64,000 nt of DNA, taken from positions 62,001-126,000 of IMG/VR virus record IMGVR_UViG_3300044701_003953. The stretch is one strand, 5' to 3'. Position 1 is the first letter of the stretch. Each line of letters opens with the position of its first letter. This document shows positions 37,845 through 47,462 of the stretch, in pieces. Below the pieces are notes generated by a model, which was given only the letters and a program-made list of their open reading frames with translations, had not been told where the DNA came from and did no database searches. The translations under genes were made by a program, and so were the position numbers.

Positions 37845-39386
37845 ATGCCCTACTCGGTTACCAAAACAAACGGAACTGCCATTACAGTTGAGGATGGTAG
37901 TACTAATACATCCAGCACCAGTCTCACGCTGATAGGTAAAAACTATCCGGGATATGGTGTATTTTTAAACCAAAACTTCGTGCGTCTGCTGGAAAATTTC
38001 AGCAACAGCGCCAGCCCCGACACAGTCACAGGTAGTCCTGCAGTACAGGGACAACTGTGGTGGGATAGCAATAACAAATTGCTCAAAGTTTACGAAGGCA
38101 CAGCATGGAAAGTGATTTCCAGCTCGATGAGTTCAGAATTTGAACCCGATGGTGCGGTTGTTGGAGATCTATGGTGGGATACCCGCAACAGTCAACTTAA
38201 AGTCTACCCAGGTGGCCCCACTGGAACACCTTGGGTAACCATCGGTCCCGCATTTACTACAGCCACAGGTCAGACTGGTGCGCTGGCGGACATTATCGCT
38301 GACAATAGTCAGTCGCAAACAGTCCACTCGGTTATCAAATTTTACGTAGACAACGATCTAGTATCAATATTGAGCCAGGATCCTGAGTTTACTCCTGCTA
38401 CCACAGATCTTCCCGGCTTCCCTGCTATCAAACCTGGCTTCAACCTCGCAACAAACATCGCCAACCTGAAATACAATGGAACTGCCACTTCTGCAGATAC
38501 ACTAGCTGGTGGAAGCATACAAGCTGGCGACTTGGCGAGATTGAGTGTCACAAACACTTTTACAAGACAACAAGAAATCAGAAACGATGCTGGTTTGGTG
38601 ATCGGTAATAACAAATTGCAGTTATTGGTCTCTGGCACCAATGGCGTCATCACAACTAACGATGCCAGCTTTGGACTAGCGATTGGCACCACTGGTAACG
38701 TGGGGCAGATCACACTGAGAAATAACGGTAATATCACTTTAGGACTGACTGGCGCCATCGTTGAAGTAGCACAAGATCCCAGCACCAGCCGCGGCATCGC
38801 AACCAAAGGTTATGTTGATGGTTTAATCGCCGGAACACAAGCCGGACAAGTTGCACTACTAAAAAGAGACGGTAGTGTGACTCTAACAGGTGCATTAAGA
38901 CCTGATACTAATGCCGGAACAGATTTAGGAACATCTAGTCTTAGATTTAACAACGTATACGCCAATACTTTTACAGGAACGTCATCTCGTGCCTTATATG
39001 CTGACTTAGCTGAAAGATTCGAAGCAGATTCATCATATCAGCCAGGCACTGTGGTTGAGCTTGGCGGTACTGCCGAAATCACTAAAGTTGGGCAGGAACT
39101 AAGCGAATCTGTGTTTGGCGTGATAAGTACAAGAGCAGCTTATCTCATGAATGCGGGCGCGGGCGAAGATGCTACACATCCTCCGGTTGCTATCAGTGGT
39201 CGAGTACCCGTGCGTGTAATCGGAAAAGTCCGCAAAGGTGATCGTTTAGTTTCGGCAGGAAATGGCTTAGCGAGATCAGCATCGAGAGATGAAATGACTC
39301 CTTGGAATGTTATCGGCCGTGCTCTACAAAATAAAGAAACAACCGGCGAAGGCACAGTTGAAGCCATCGTCAAATTGAATTCGTAA
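37845..39386 (+). CDS. tail fibre paralogue 3 with C-terminal chaperone domain
   Basis: Shared N-terminal module; ATKGYVD; C-terminal domain closely similar to that of 33846..36170. Confidence 0.8.
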   Translation: MPYSVTKTNGTAITVEDGSTNTSSTSLTLIGKNYPGYGVFLNQNFVRLLENFSNSASPDTVTGSPAVQGQLWWDSNNKLLKVYEGTAWKVISSSMSSEFEPDGAVVGDLWWDTRNSQLKVYPGGPTGTPWVTIGPAFTTATGQTGALADIIADNSQSQTVHSVIKFYVDNDLVSILSQDPEFTPATTDLPGFPAIKPGFNLATNIANLKYNGTATSADTLAGGSIQAGDLARLSVTNTFTRQQEIRNDAGLVIGNNKLQLLVSGTNGVITTNDASFGLAIGTTGNVGQITLRNNGNITLGLTGAIVEVAQDPSTSRGIATKGYVDGLIAGTQAGQVALLKRDGSVTLTGALRPDTNAGTDLGTSSLRFNNVYANTFTGTSSRALYADLAERFEADSSYQPGTVVELGGTAEITKVGQELSESVFGVISTRAAYLMNAGAGEDATHPPVAISGRVPVRVIGKVRKGDRLVSAGNGLARSASRDEMTPWNVIGRALQNKETTGEGTVEAIVKLNS

Positions 39387-39400
39387 GGGAACATACAAAA

Positions 39401-40396
39401 ATGACATACTCGTCCGGCGGACTTATACAAGCATTAGATTACAATACCTTTGTACAGGGTGGCGCTTCAGTAGATCACTCAACAGCAAATATCAACACCT
39501 TGTGGGGAGTTGGTTCAGGAGATAAAGGGTATGGTCAGAGCACAACTTTGTCTACAGTCACAGGTGGCAATGATCAAGTCACTGCTACACAATGGGCCAC
39601 ATTAATCTCTAGATTAAATTCTATGCTCACACACCAGAGTGGCGGCGGATCCGGCATCACCGCTCCTACAGCTGGTACTACAATCGCATATCTTTCAGCT
39701 CTCGCTGGAAAAATCACCGATGCTAGTAACAATCGTTTATTAGCTAGTGCCAATGGCACAGACGTTACAAGTCAAGGTTCTTCGACTAGCACTTGGAACA
39801 CTTCCACTCCTACTACACATAGTTTCAGCCGTACTATCACTTTCAACTCGGCCGATAAAGCTAGATACTTCTTCAACGCTGGCGGCAAGATCATCATCAA
39901 CTTTGCCGTGACCAACACACTGGGTAACAGCAAAGGCACCGACTGGAAAACATTCTTTGAAAGCAAAGTGGCCAGCATCGTTGTAGGTTCGACCACAAAC
40001 GGTCGCACAGGTACAGGCGGTGGTTCCACAACATTAGCTACTGCTTACGGTTATTGGAACGTGGGAACAAGTAATCGTACCATCCTGGCACTGACTTCAA
40101 ACTCGGGCACAGCAGACTACGGTGGCAACACCTTGTCAGTGGGACTCAAGACCAATGGTGTACAGGGCTCAAATGGCGACGTTGGAACAGCACTGACTTT
40201 CCAAATCGATCTAAACGACGTGGCCGCTGATACCAATACTGCGCCTACCAATCCAAACCAGCCAGGTGGATCGGCACCAGTACAAGGTAACTTCGAAGAC
40301 CAGATCAACATTGGTATCACTACCACTTTCACGATCCGTCCTCCATCAACTGCCAACCTCGCAGATACATGGGGTTCGTCTTATACTTACAGTTAA
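39401..40396 (+). CDS. putative virion structural protein (G/T/S/N-rich)
   Basis: Last gene before the terminator; beta-rich composition; ARYFFNAGGKI motif. Confidence 0.6.
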   Translation: MTYSSGGLIQALDYNTFVQGGASVDHSTANINTLWGVGSGDKGYGQSTTLSTVTGGNDQVTATQWATLISRLNSMLTHQSGGGSGITAPTAGTTIAYLSALAGKITDASNNRLLASANGTDVTSQGSSTSTWNTSTPTTHSFSRTITFNSADKARYFFNAGGKIIINFAVTNTLGNSKGTDWKTFFESKVASIVVGSTTNGRTGTGGGSTTLATAYGYWNVGTSNRTILALTSNSGTADYGGNTLSVGLKTNGVQGSNGDVGTALTFQIDLNDVAADTNTAPTNPNQPGGSAPVQGNFEDQINIGITTTFTIRPPSTANLADTWGSSYTYS

Positions 40397-40414
40397 TCGA
40401 TTTAACCAAAAAAC

Positions 40415-40443
40415 CAAAAAAAGCGGCCAGGCCGCTTTTTTTG
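40415..40443. terminator. rho-independent terminator, potentially bidirectional
   Basis: CAAAAAAAGCGGC-CAG-GCCGCTTTTTTTG: perfect inverted repeat with an A-tract before and a T-tract after; ends the structural block. Confidence 0.88.
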
Positions 40444-40455
40444 TGATCTCTTTCC

Positions 40456-40464
40456 TGCTATAAT
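40456..40464 (+). promoter_or_regulatory. extended -10 promoter (TGcTATAAT), probably leaderless
   Basis: Perfect TGnTATAAT, 6 nt (AGAAAA) before ATG 40471; no Shine-Dalgarno. Confidence 0.65.
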
Positions 40465-40470
40465 AGAAAA

Positions 40471-40785
40471 ATGAACGACGTCGACAAACTGATTGGAACC
40501 ATCCGCCAGGCCACTGATTACCAAACGAATCGTAAGATACTCAGGGAGAAGATACAGACTGAATTACATATCACCTACAATGGTGGTATGTTTTTAGTGA
40601 CCAGAGATCTCTTGAGCTTCCTAGCGACTTGGCCAGAACCTACACTTTATCTCGAAGACATATATGAGAACCCCATTGAGATCAACAGAGACGAATTACT
40701 GTATCAATGCCGCCAGAGGTATCAAGCAGTGATGAATTCCTGGCATCAACAACATGCTGAACTACGGAAAATCAGAAAAATCTAG
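40471..40785 (+). CDS. hypothetical protein
   Basis: 104-aa ORF at the head of the accessory operon, overlapping the next gene. Confidence 0.7.
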   Translation: MNDVDKLIGTIRQATDYQTNRKILREKIQTELHITYNGGMFLVTRDLLSFLATWPEPTLYLEDIYENPIEINRDELLYQCRQRYQAVMNSWHQQHAELRKIRKI

Positions 40786-41536
40786 AGGCGCGGTAATATT
40801 CGCCAACAATACCGAAACAGTAGATTATCTTTCTATAGCACAAGCCAATGCTCGATTGATAGATCGATACTTAGGTCTACCTACGACCATACTGACAACA
40901 ACCGATGATACAAAAACGAATCGTCGTTACGATGTTACTAACCAGCAAGTCGTTGAATGGAAAAACTTTGGCAGATCGAAAGCGTTCGATCTCAGCCCAT
41001 ACGATGAGACGTTACTGGTCGACTCGGATTATCTGATCATGGATGATGCGTTTAGTAAAGTCTTTGATGTAATAAACGATTACATGTTGCCGGATAAAAA
41101 TCTCTACGCCACCAACATCGACGTACAAGAGACCATGGGGGAATACAGTCTGCCTTTTGTCTGGGCCACGGCGATATTTTTTAAAAAGACAGATCGTAGT
41201 CGGCAATTATTCGATTTCGTTAAAATGATAGAAAAAAATTATTCTTACTATCGTGCTCTGTACAACATCAAAGATGGTAATTATCGAAACGACTATGCTT
41301 TCGCTATCGCACATTATGTGATCAACGGATACACTATATCTCAACGAGAATTCCTTCCGTGGCCTATCGTGACTGTTCCGGGGGTGTTAGATTCTCTCGT
41401 GTTGGATGATAATAAGTTGACGATCAGGACTCCTGACCGCGCCTATGTTTCTCCTAAACAGAGCATCCACATACTAAGCAAGCACTACCTACAGACACAA
41501 GATTTCCGAGACTTAGTAGAGGCCGCTCTTGCGTAA
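40754..41536 (+). CDS. putative GT-A fold glycosyltransferase (GT8-like)
   Basis: LSPYDETLLVDSDYL (DxD after a hydrophobic strand), RNDYAFAIA. Confidence 0.6.
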   Translation: MLNYGKSEKSRGAVIFANNTETVDYLSIAQANARLIDRYLGLPTTILTTTDDTKTNRRYDVTNQQVVEWKNFGRSKAFDLSPYDETLLVDSDYLIMDDAFSKVFDVINDYMLPDKNLYATNIDVQETMGEYSLPFVWATAIFFKKTDRSRQLFDFVKMIEKNYSYYRALYNIKDGNYRNDYAFAIAHYVINGYTISQREFLPWPIVTVPGVLDSLVLDDNKLTIRTPDRAYVSPKQSIHILSKHYLQTQDFRDLVEAALA

Positions 41537-42404
41537 ACAGCCACATCAAGCACAGGCAGGATTCCTGACATTCGCGCAGAATACCGCGGACGTCGACTAC
41601 TTGCGACTGGCCTATTTGCAGGCGCTAAATATAAAATCAACACAGCGAAACAACCAGTTCGCGATCATAGTCGATTCACAAACAGAAAAAGAAATCACAG
41701 AAAAACAGCGTCGGATATTTGACTTTGTCGTAGTATTAGACGAAGACCACGCACAAGAAGATACTTGGAAGCTCTCTAACGAATGGCAGGCATTTTGGCT
41801 AACCCCATTCAAGGAGACAGTGAAATTAGAATCCGATCTATTGTTCACTCGTAGCATTGATCATTGGTGGCATGCTTTAAGAACACGAGAATTAGTCTTG
41901 AGCCATGGATGTAAAAATTATCTACAGAAAACTTCATTGAATCGTAGATATCGCCGGACGTTCGACGAAACAGGATTACCCGATGTCTATAATGGACTCA
42001 TGTATTTCCGTTTTTCTCGCACAGCATCCACATTCTTCGCCTATGCTCGCGACATATTCCGGAACTGGGATTCAGTGAGAGATCAATGTTTGAAGAATTG
42101 CCGCGACGAAAAGCCTACAACAGACATCGTCTATGCGTTAGCGGCAGAGATCGTGGGTCGAGAAAATTGTACGATACCTAGTCTGGATTTCGTGAATTTC
42201 GTACACATGAAACCATCCATACAAAATTGGCATGGTGATAATGATTGGCAAGACTGTGTAGTATCAGAATTTGATTCTGGAATGATACGAATCAATAATA
42301 TAAATCAGTATCATCCGTTACATTATCAAGATAAGACTTTCCCCACTGATGGAATGATTGATTATTATGAACGACGAATTACCGGCACTGCTGGAAGTAT
42401 TTAA
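41529..42404 (+). CDS. putative GT-A fold glycosyltransferase, paralogue of the upstream gene
   Basis: TTG start with upstream GAGG; LTPFKETVKLESDLL, YNGLMYF, TTDIVYALA, FVHMK. Confidence 0.6.
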   Translation: MRKQPHQAQAGFLTFAQNTADVDYLRLAYLQALNIKSTQRNNQFAIIVDSQTEKEITEKQRRIFDFVVVLDEDHAQEDTWKLSNEWQAFWLTPFKETVKLESDLLFTRSIDHWWHALRTRELVLSHGCKNYLQKTSLNRRYRRTFDETGLPDVYNGLMYFRFSRTASTFFAYARDIFRNWDSVRDQCLKNCRDEKPTTDIVYALAAEIVGRENCTIPSLDFVNFVHMKPSIQNWHGDNDWQDCVVSEFDSGMIRINNINQYHPLHYQDKTFPTDGMIDYYERRITGTAGSI

Positions 42405-42726
42405 AAACCTTCCCGAACTTGTCGAGTCGGAAGTGGAATATCGTCTTTATTACAACGAGGACGGTACTGTTTTATCAATGAGCTCGGGTGATTTTCCTGT
42501 TGAAGGAAAATATATAAAGATCGATAAAGAGATTTACGATCGGCCCAATTATTCGACAATGCGGGTGATCAATGGGAAACTAACCATACTTGAAAATGTT
42601 TCACATCATCGCAATGATCTATATCGCGGAGGCGATAGATTCCTCGTAGTCAAAGGACATGCCAACATATTAGTAGATGACACATACCAAGGAGAAACAG
42701 AAACATATGGCTTCAAGAATCATTGA
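42367..42726 (+). CDS. hypothetical protein
   Basis: 119 aa from ATG 42367; YRLYYNEDG motif; overlaps both neighbours. Confidence 0.65.
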   Translation: MNDELPALLEVFKNLPELVESEVEYRLYYNEDGTVLSMSSGDFPVEGKYIKIDKEIYDRPNYSTMRVINGKLTILENVSHHRNDLYRGGDRFLVVKGHANILVDDTYQGETETYGFKNH

Positions 42727-43639
42727 TGTCGCAGACATAGATTGCATCTATCTCAGTTACGACGAGCCACAGAAGGAAGCGTTCTGGATCAAGATACAGA
42801 ACATGGTACCCTGGGCCAAGCGAGTGGATGGCGTCAAAGGATCCGACGCCGCACACAAGGCCGCCGCTGCCAAGTCTGACACAGAATTTTTCGTGCTCAT
42901 TGACGGAGACAACTTGCCCGACGGTGACTTCTTTAATCTACAACTGGCAGTAGGCGAAGACGAAGCTGATGCTGCCTGGCGCTGGAAAGCCCGCAATCAC
43001 ATCAACGGACTCATGTATGGCAACGGTGGCATGAGTGTGTGGAGCAAGCGGTTTGTGGAAGACATGAAAACCCACGAAGCATCGGATGGCAGCGATCGCA
43101 CAGCAGTGGAGTTCTGTTTCGAACCCAAATACTTTGCCATGCACAACTGCTACTCGACCACTTACCCCAATGGTAGCCCTTACCAAGCATGGCGTGCTGG
43201 ATTCCGTGAAGGCGTCAAGATGTGTCTGGACAAAGGCCGCAAGCCCACGCTACAAGAGTTTGATGACTCAGTGCAACGGCGCAACTTTGACAACCTCTGC
43301 ATCTGGCAGACCGTGGGTCGTGATGTAGAAAACGGTATATGGGCCATCGCAGGAGCACGCCTAGGTACCACTATGACAATGATACATGATTGGGATCACA
43401 GGAACGTACAAGACTTTGATGAGCTTAAAAAGATCTGGGAAGATTGCGTCAAAGATCTAGATCCCGAAGAATTAGCTGCCAAAGAAGGGCAACTGTTACG
43501 CAGTCGACTAGGTATGCCCATCGCAGAGTTTGACGCAGAGCAAAGCAAATTTTTTAAACATCATTACTCTACGGGGCACAAGAACCTAGACATGATGACC
43601 AAAGAGATCGATGTGATCCGTCGTATCGAAGGATGGTGA
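42707..43639 (+). CDS. putative glycosyltransferase (GT-A-like, SYDEP type)
   Basis: DCIYLSYDEP, KRVDGVKG...AHKAAA, FVLIDGDN (DxD), INGLMYGNGG, AWRAGFREGVK; GGAG upstream of ATG 42707. Confidence 0.6.
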   Translation: MASRIIDVADIDCIYLSYDEPQKEAFWIKIQNMVPWAKRVDGVKGSDAAHKAAAAKSDTEFFVLIDGDNLPDGDFFNLQLAVGEDEADAAWRWKARNHINGLMYGNGGMSVWSKRFVEDMKTHEASDGSDRTAVEFCFEPKYFAMHNCYSTTYPNGSPYQAWRAGFREGVKMCLDKGRKPTLQEFDDSVQRRNFDNLCIWQTVGRDVENGIWAIAGARLGTTMTMIHDWDHRNVQDFDELKKIWEDCVKDLDPEELAAKEGQLLRSRLGMPIAEFDAEQSKFFKHHYSTGHKNLDMMTKEIDVIRRIEGW

Positions 43640-45045
43640 TGAATAAAGGCGACGAAGCAGTAGGCAACAAAAGCAAGTTCATGGCTTCAGCCGAGTGGAT
43701 GAAAGAACACCTCGGCGAAGGGTTCTGCTTGGCCAAATGGAAGCAGGTCAGCCTACACTTGCCCACAGGACTCAACAACTCCTGCTACCATCCTCCCTTG
43801 CACCACATCGATCCTGCGCCACTCAAAGATAATCCCGGCGCATTGCACAACACCGAGCACAAGAAACAACAGCGTGTTATCATGCTGAAAAACGAGCGTC
43901 CTGGTGAATGCCAATACTGCTGGAACATCGAAGACACCGGCAATCTCAGCGACAGACATTATCGCAGTGGCGAACCCTGGGCAGCCGAGGACTATGAAGC
44001 CATCCGTGCCTCCGCAGGCACCGAAGACTGGATTCCCAGTTATGTAGAAGTCAACTTCAATCATGCTTGTAATCTGGCCTGCTCGTATTGTAGCCCACAG
44101 TTTTCGTCGACCTGGCAATCGGAAGTAGACAAGTGGGGAGCCTGGCCTACGTCAACTCCACACAACGCACCCGAGCACTTCCAAGGTCGCAATCGTCCCA
44201 TCCCGCACAGCCAAGAGAATCCCTATGTGGATGCTTTCTGGGAATGGTGGCCACAACTGTATCCCAAGTTGAAACATTTCCGCATGACTGGCGGTGAACC
44301 ACTCATGGATCGAAATACCTACAAGGTGTTTGACTATGTGTTAGCCCTGCCCAACCCTGAGCTACATCTCAATGTCACTTCTAACTTCTCTGTGGAACCT
44401 AAACTGTTTGAGAAATATCTCGACTATGTGAAACGCTTGTGTAACACACAGATCGAACACTTCATGCAATATGTGAGCCTAGACACCGGCGAACCTCAGC
44501 ATGCCGAATACATCAGGCATGGGCTCAACTTCCGTCGCATGTGGGATTATGTACATCGCTATCTCGACGAGATCCCGTATCGCAACAGCCTCACATTCAT
44601 TATCACCATGAACAATCTGTCGGTCCTGGGCATACAACGACAACTGGAGTGGATCCTGGATCTGCGGCGCATGTATTCCAAGACCTATCAGCGTGTGTGG
44701 TTTGATACTCCATTGTTGCGCCAGCCTAAATGGCAGAGCCTACAGATACTTCCGCCAGTGTATGCTGACCGACTCGAGCGTGTGGCAGACTGGATGGAAC
44801 TAAACTTAGAAACGCCCGAGGATCCCTTCCACGGTTTCAAAGACTATGAAGTGCAACGCATCCGGCGCGACATCGCGTGGATGCGTGAAGGACAGAAACT
44901 GGATCACGACTACATAGTTGGACAACGTGCCGACTTCTATCGTTTCTTCAATGAACACGACAAGCGTCGTGGCACTGATTTTGAAAGGACTTTCCCTGAG
45001 ATGCGGGAATTTTGGCAGGAGTGCAGATACCATGCCCAACGATAA
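43633..45045 (+). CDS. radical SAM protein with N-terminal twitch-like domain (AKW subtype)
   Basis: FCLAKW...SCYHP...CQYC; CNLACSYC; TGGEP. Confidence 0.9.
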   Translation: MVMNKGDEAVGNKSKFMASAEWMKEHLGEGFCLAKWKQVSLHLPTGLNNSCYHPPLHHIDPAPLKDNPGALHNTEHKKQQRVIMLKNERPGECQYCWNIEDTGNLSDRHYRSGEPWAAEDYEAIRASAGTEDWIPSYVEVNFNHACNLACSYCSPQFSSTWQSEVDKWGAWPTSTPHNAPEHFQGRNRPIPHSQENPYVDAFWEWWPQLYPKLKHFRMTGGEPLMDRNTYKVFDYVLALPNPELHLNVTSNFSVEPKLFEKYLDYVKRLCNTQIEHFMQYVSLDTGEPQHAEYIRHGLNFRRMWDYVHRYLDEIPYRNSLTFIITMNNLSVLGIQRQLEWILDLRRMYSKTYQRVWFDTPLLRQPKWQSLQILPPVYADRLERVADWMELNLETPEDPFHGFKDYEVQRIRRDIAWMREGQKLDHDYIVGQRADFYRFFNEHDKRRGTDFERTFPEMREFWQECRYHAQR

Positions 45046-46117
45046 GTTTTGTGTTCGTCCTTTCATGCACAGTCTTGTTGACACCGAAGGGCGATTCAAA
45101 CCTTGTTGCCGTAGTCAAGTTGACACTGGATTTAATATCAAGTCACATACTGTTGAAGAATGGTGGAACAGCGAATATCTCAATGATTTCCGTGACAGGA
45201 TCAAAAGAAACGAATACAGCAAAGAATGTGACAGGTGCTATCGACAGGAACAGCAAGGATCAAAGAGCTTCCGCGAATACAGCAACGAACGGTGGCCAGA
45301 TGTCAAAACTACTAGAGAAAGACCAATCGATTGGGAGATACAGTTATCAAATCTTTGCAATTTGAAATGTTTGATGTGTAACCCACAATCCAGTAGCCAG
45401 TTCTTAGTAGAAGAAAATAAGCTATTTGGAAAAAAGTGGGATCAAACCAAATACGATTGGGATGCCAAAGACAACAGCAAGATACTCGAGATAATGCAAC
45501 AAAGCGAGAGTTTCATCCTACGAGGCGGAGAACCGTTTATGTTGCCGTGGGTAAAGGACATCATCTCATCGTTAGCAGATCGAAAAGAAATAATGATAGC
45601 TACCAACGGCACTCGGTTCGATCAAAGTTGGCTTGACGTCCTTTCGGGGCACGACATCAAGATTTGTCTGAGCCTTGACGGGCACGGAAAACTCAATCAT
45701 TACATACGCTATCCTAGTAAATGGAATGACATACTGGATAACATCAAATTGATGCGGAAGATCCCAGGTGTGAATCTTTTCGTGAACACCGTAGTCCAAA
45801 ATCTCAACGTGTTACACATCGACCGATTGTTAGACTGGACCAAGGGCGAAGAGTTATTTGTGCAATTCGATATACTAACTAAACCTAAATATCTAGAACC
45901 GTCGTGCTTACCTGCCGAGTTGGCTAAACTCGCACAAGACCGTCTGGGCAGAGTTGATCACCAATCTCAGAATGGGCTCGAAGGGATAATCAATACTTTA
46001 GATAATGCCACAGATGAGTATTGGGAAGAATTCGTGGAAACTATAACTATCAGAGATAGACATCGTGGCGTAGATATAGTAAACTATATACCCGAGATGG
46101 AGCCATACTTTGCCTAG
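45032..46117 (+). CDS. radical SAM protein with N-terminal twitch-like domain
   Basis: Start reassigned to ATG 45032 (AGGAG upstream); FCVRPF...PCC...CDRC; CNLKCLMC; GGEP; ATNGT; LSLDG. Confidence 0.9.
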   Translation: MPNDKFCVRPFMHSLVDTEGRFKPCCRSQVDTGFNIKSHTVEEWWNSEYLNDFRDRIKRNEYSKECDRCYRQEQQGSKSFREYSNERWPDVKTTRERPIDWEIQLSNLCNLKCLMCNPQSSSQFLVEENKLFGKKWDQTKYDWDAKDNSKILEIMQQSESFILRGGEPFMLPWVKDIISSLADRKEIMIATNGTRFDQSWLDVLSGHDIKICLSLDGHGKLNHYIRYPSKWNDILDNIKLMRKIPGVNLFVNTVVQNLNVLHIDRLLDWTKGEELFVQFDILTKPKYLEPSCLPAELAKLAQDRLGRVDHQSQNGLEGIINTLDNATDEYWEEFVETITIRDRHRGVDIVNYIPEMEPYFA

Positions 46118-47462
46118 ACTACATAATGAAACTGACCTAGAATTCCGGAAACGTGTGCTCGATTCTAAGAGTGCTAGTTTCTGTGGAGCCAAATGGTACA
46201 ACGCTACCATATGGTTAGGCTCCGGCATGACCACATCCTGTCATCACCCTCCTGCGCATTTCGTGCCAGTGGAGGCCATCCAACGTAACCCCAAGGCGCT
46301 ACATAACAGCGACGAAAAGAAAAACGACCGCGCCATGATGCAACGTGGCGAACGTCCACCCGGTTGTGAGTATTGCTGGAAGATCGAAGACATGGGTCGT
46401 GATGCTGTTTCAGACCGTGTCTATAAAAGCGTGATCTACACCGACGAGGAACTCAATGAAGCTTATCTATTACCCACCGCTGAGGACGCAAATCTACGCA
46501 CTCTCGAAATCAGTTTCGATCGTACTTGCCAATTGGCTTGTAGCTACTGTAATCCTGCTTTCTCTTCTACATGGGTTAAGGACATTAAAACCCGAGGGCC
46601 TTATATCGAGTTGGTTAGTGATGGTAGGAATCACTTCACTCATGATCACGCTAGTGCTCAACTTTATCGATACGGTGAAGTCAATCCGTATGTTGAGGCA
46701 TTTTTCCGCTGGTGGGAAACCGACCTACATAAGACGCTTAGAGAGTTACGGATCACCGGAGGAGAACCACTCATGTCCGGCTACACCTGGCAACTCATCG
46801 ACTGGTTCAAACAAAACCGCGGCAAGTCAAACACACGCCTAGCCATCAACTCCAACTTGGCTATGCCGTCGGATCGTATACAAGAACTCCTAGATGCTTG
46901 CGAGGGTATCGAACTGGATATCTATACTTCCAACGAAGCACTACATTCGCAGGCCGAATACATCAGAGACGGGCTCCAATGGCAACAATGGCAAACCAAC
47001 ATGCGTTTGTTGGCCTCCAGTGGTAGGCTACGGGGCTTACACAACATGTGTACTATCAACGCATTGTGTCTCGAATCATTGCCTGAGTTCTTGGATTTCT
47101 TGGTAGAGATGAAACGAGAGTTTGGCAGAGATTTCCCCAACTTCACGCTAAACATCCTGCGTTTTCCGTCGTTCCAAAGCCCTTTGGTGTTGCCTGATGA
47201 CATACGTGAACACCACAAGCAGAGACTAGTTGAGTGGATGGTCAAGCACAAAGGCCACAGCTATCTACATCAGCATGAGATAAACCATGTGCTAAGATTG
47301 ATAGATTATCTAGATGTAGTCAAGACTCCGCACCGCGAGACTTTTGAGCGTCCAGCCCTACACAACGACTTCCGTAAATTCTACGAACAATACGATCAGC
47401 GTAGGGGTAAAAATTTCCCCGAAACATTTCCTGGCCTAGCCGACTGGTATTCCACACTATGA
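46110..47462 (+). CDS. radical SAM protein with N-terminal twitch-like domain (AKW subtype)
   Basis: TTG start with GGAG; FCGAKW...SCHHP...CEYC; CQLACSYC; TGGEP. Confidence 0.9.
   Translation: MPRLHNETDLEFRKRVLDSKSASFCGAKWYNATIWLGSGMTTSCHHPPAHFVPVEAIQRNPKALHNSDEKKNDRAMMQRGERPPGCEYCWKIEDMGRDAVSDRVYKSVIYTDEELNEAYLLPTAEDANLRTLEISFDRTCQLACSYCNPAFSSTWVKDIKTRGPYIELVSDGRNHFTHDHASAQLYRYGEVNPYVEAFFRWWETDLHKTLRELRITGGEPLMSGYTWQLIDWFKQNRGKSNTRLAINSNLAMPSDRIQELLDACEGIELDIYTSNEALHSQAEYIRDGLQWQQWQTNMRLLASSGRLRGLHNMCTINALCLESLPEFLDFLVEMKREFGRDFPNFTLNILRFPSFQSPLVLPDDIREHHKQRLVEWMVKHKGHSYLHQHEINHVLRLIDYLDVVKTPHRETFERPALHNDFRKFYEQYDQRRGKNFPETFPGLADWYSTL

Noticed and set aside
35780-39386. Similar C-terminal regions of fibres 1 and 3 as a diversity-generating retroelement TR/VR pair or shufflon
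   Set aside because: Differences are mostly synonymous third positions, not adenine-specific; no reverse transcriptase or invertase in the window. These are old paralogues.
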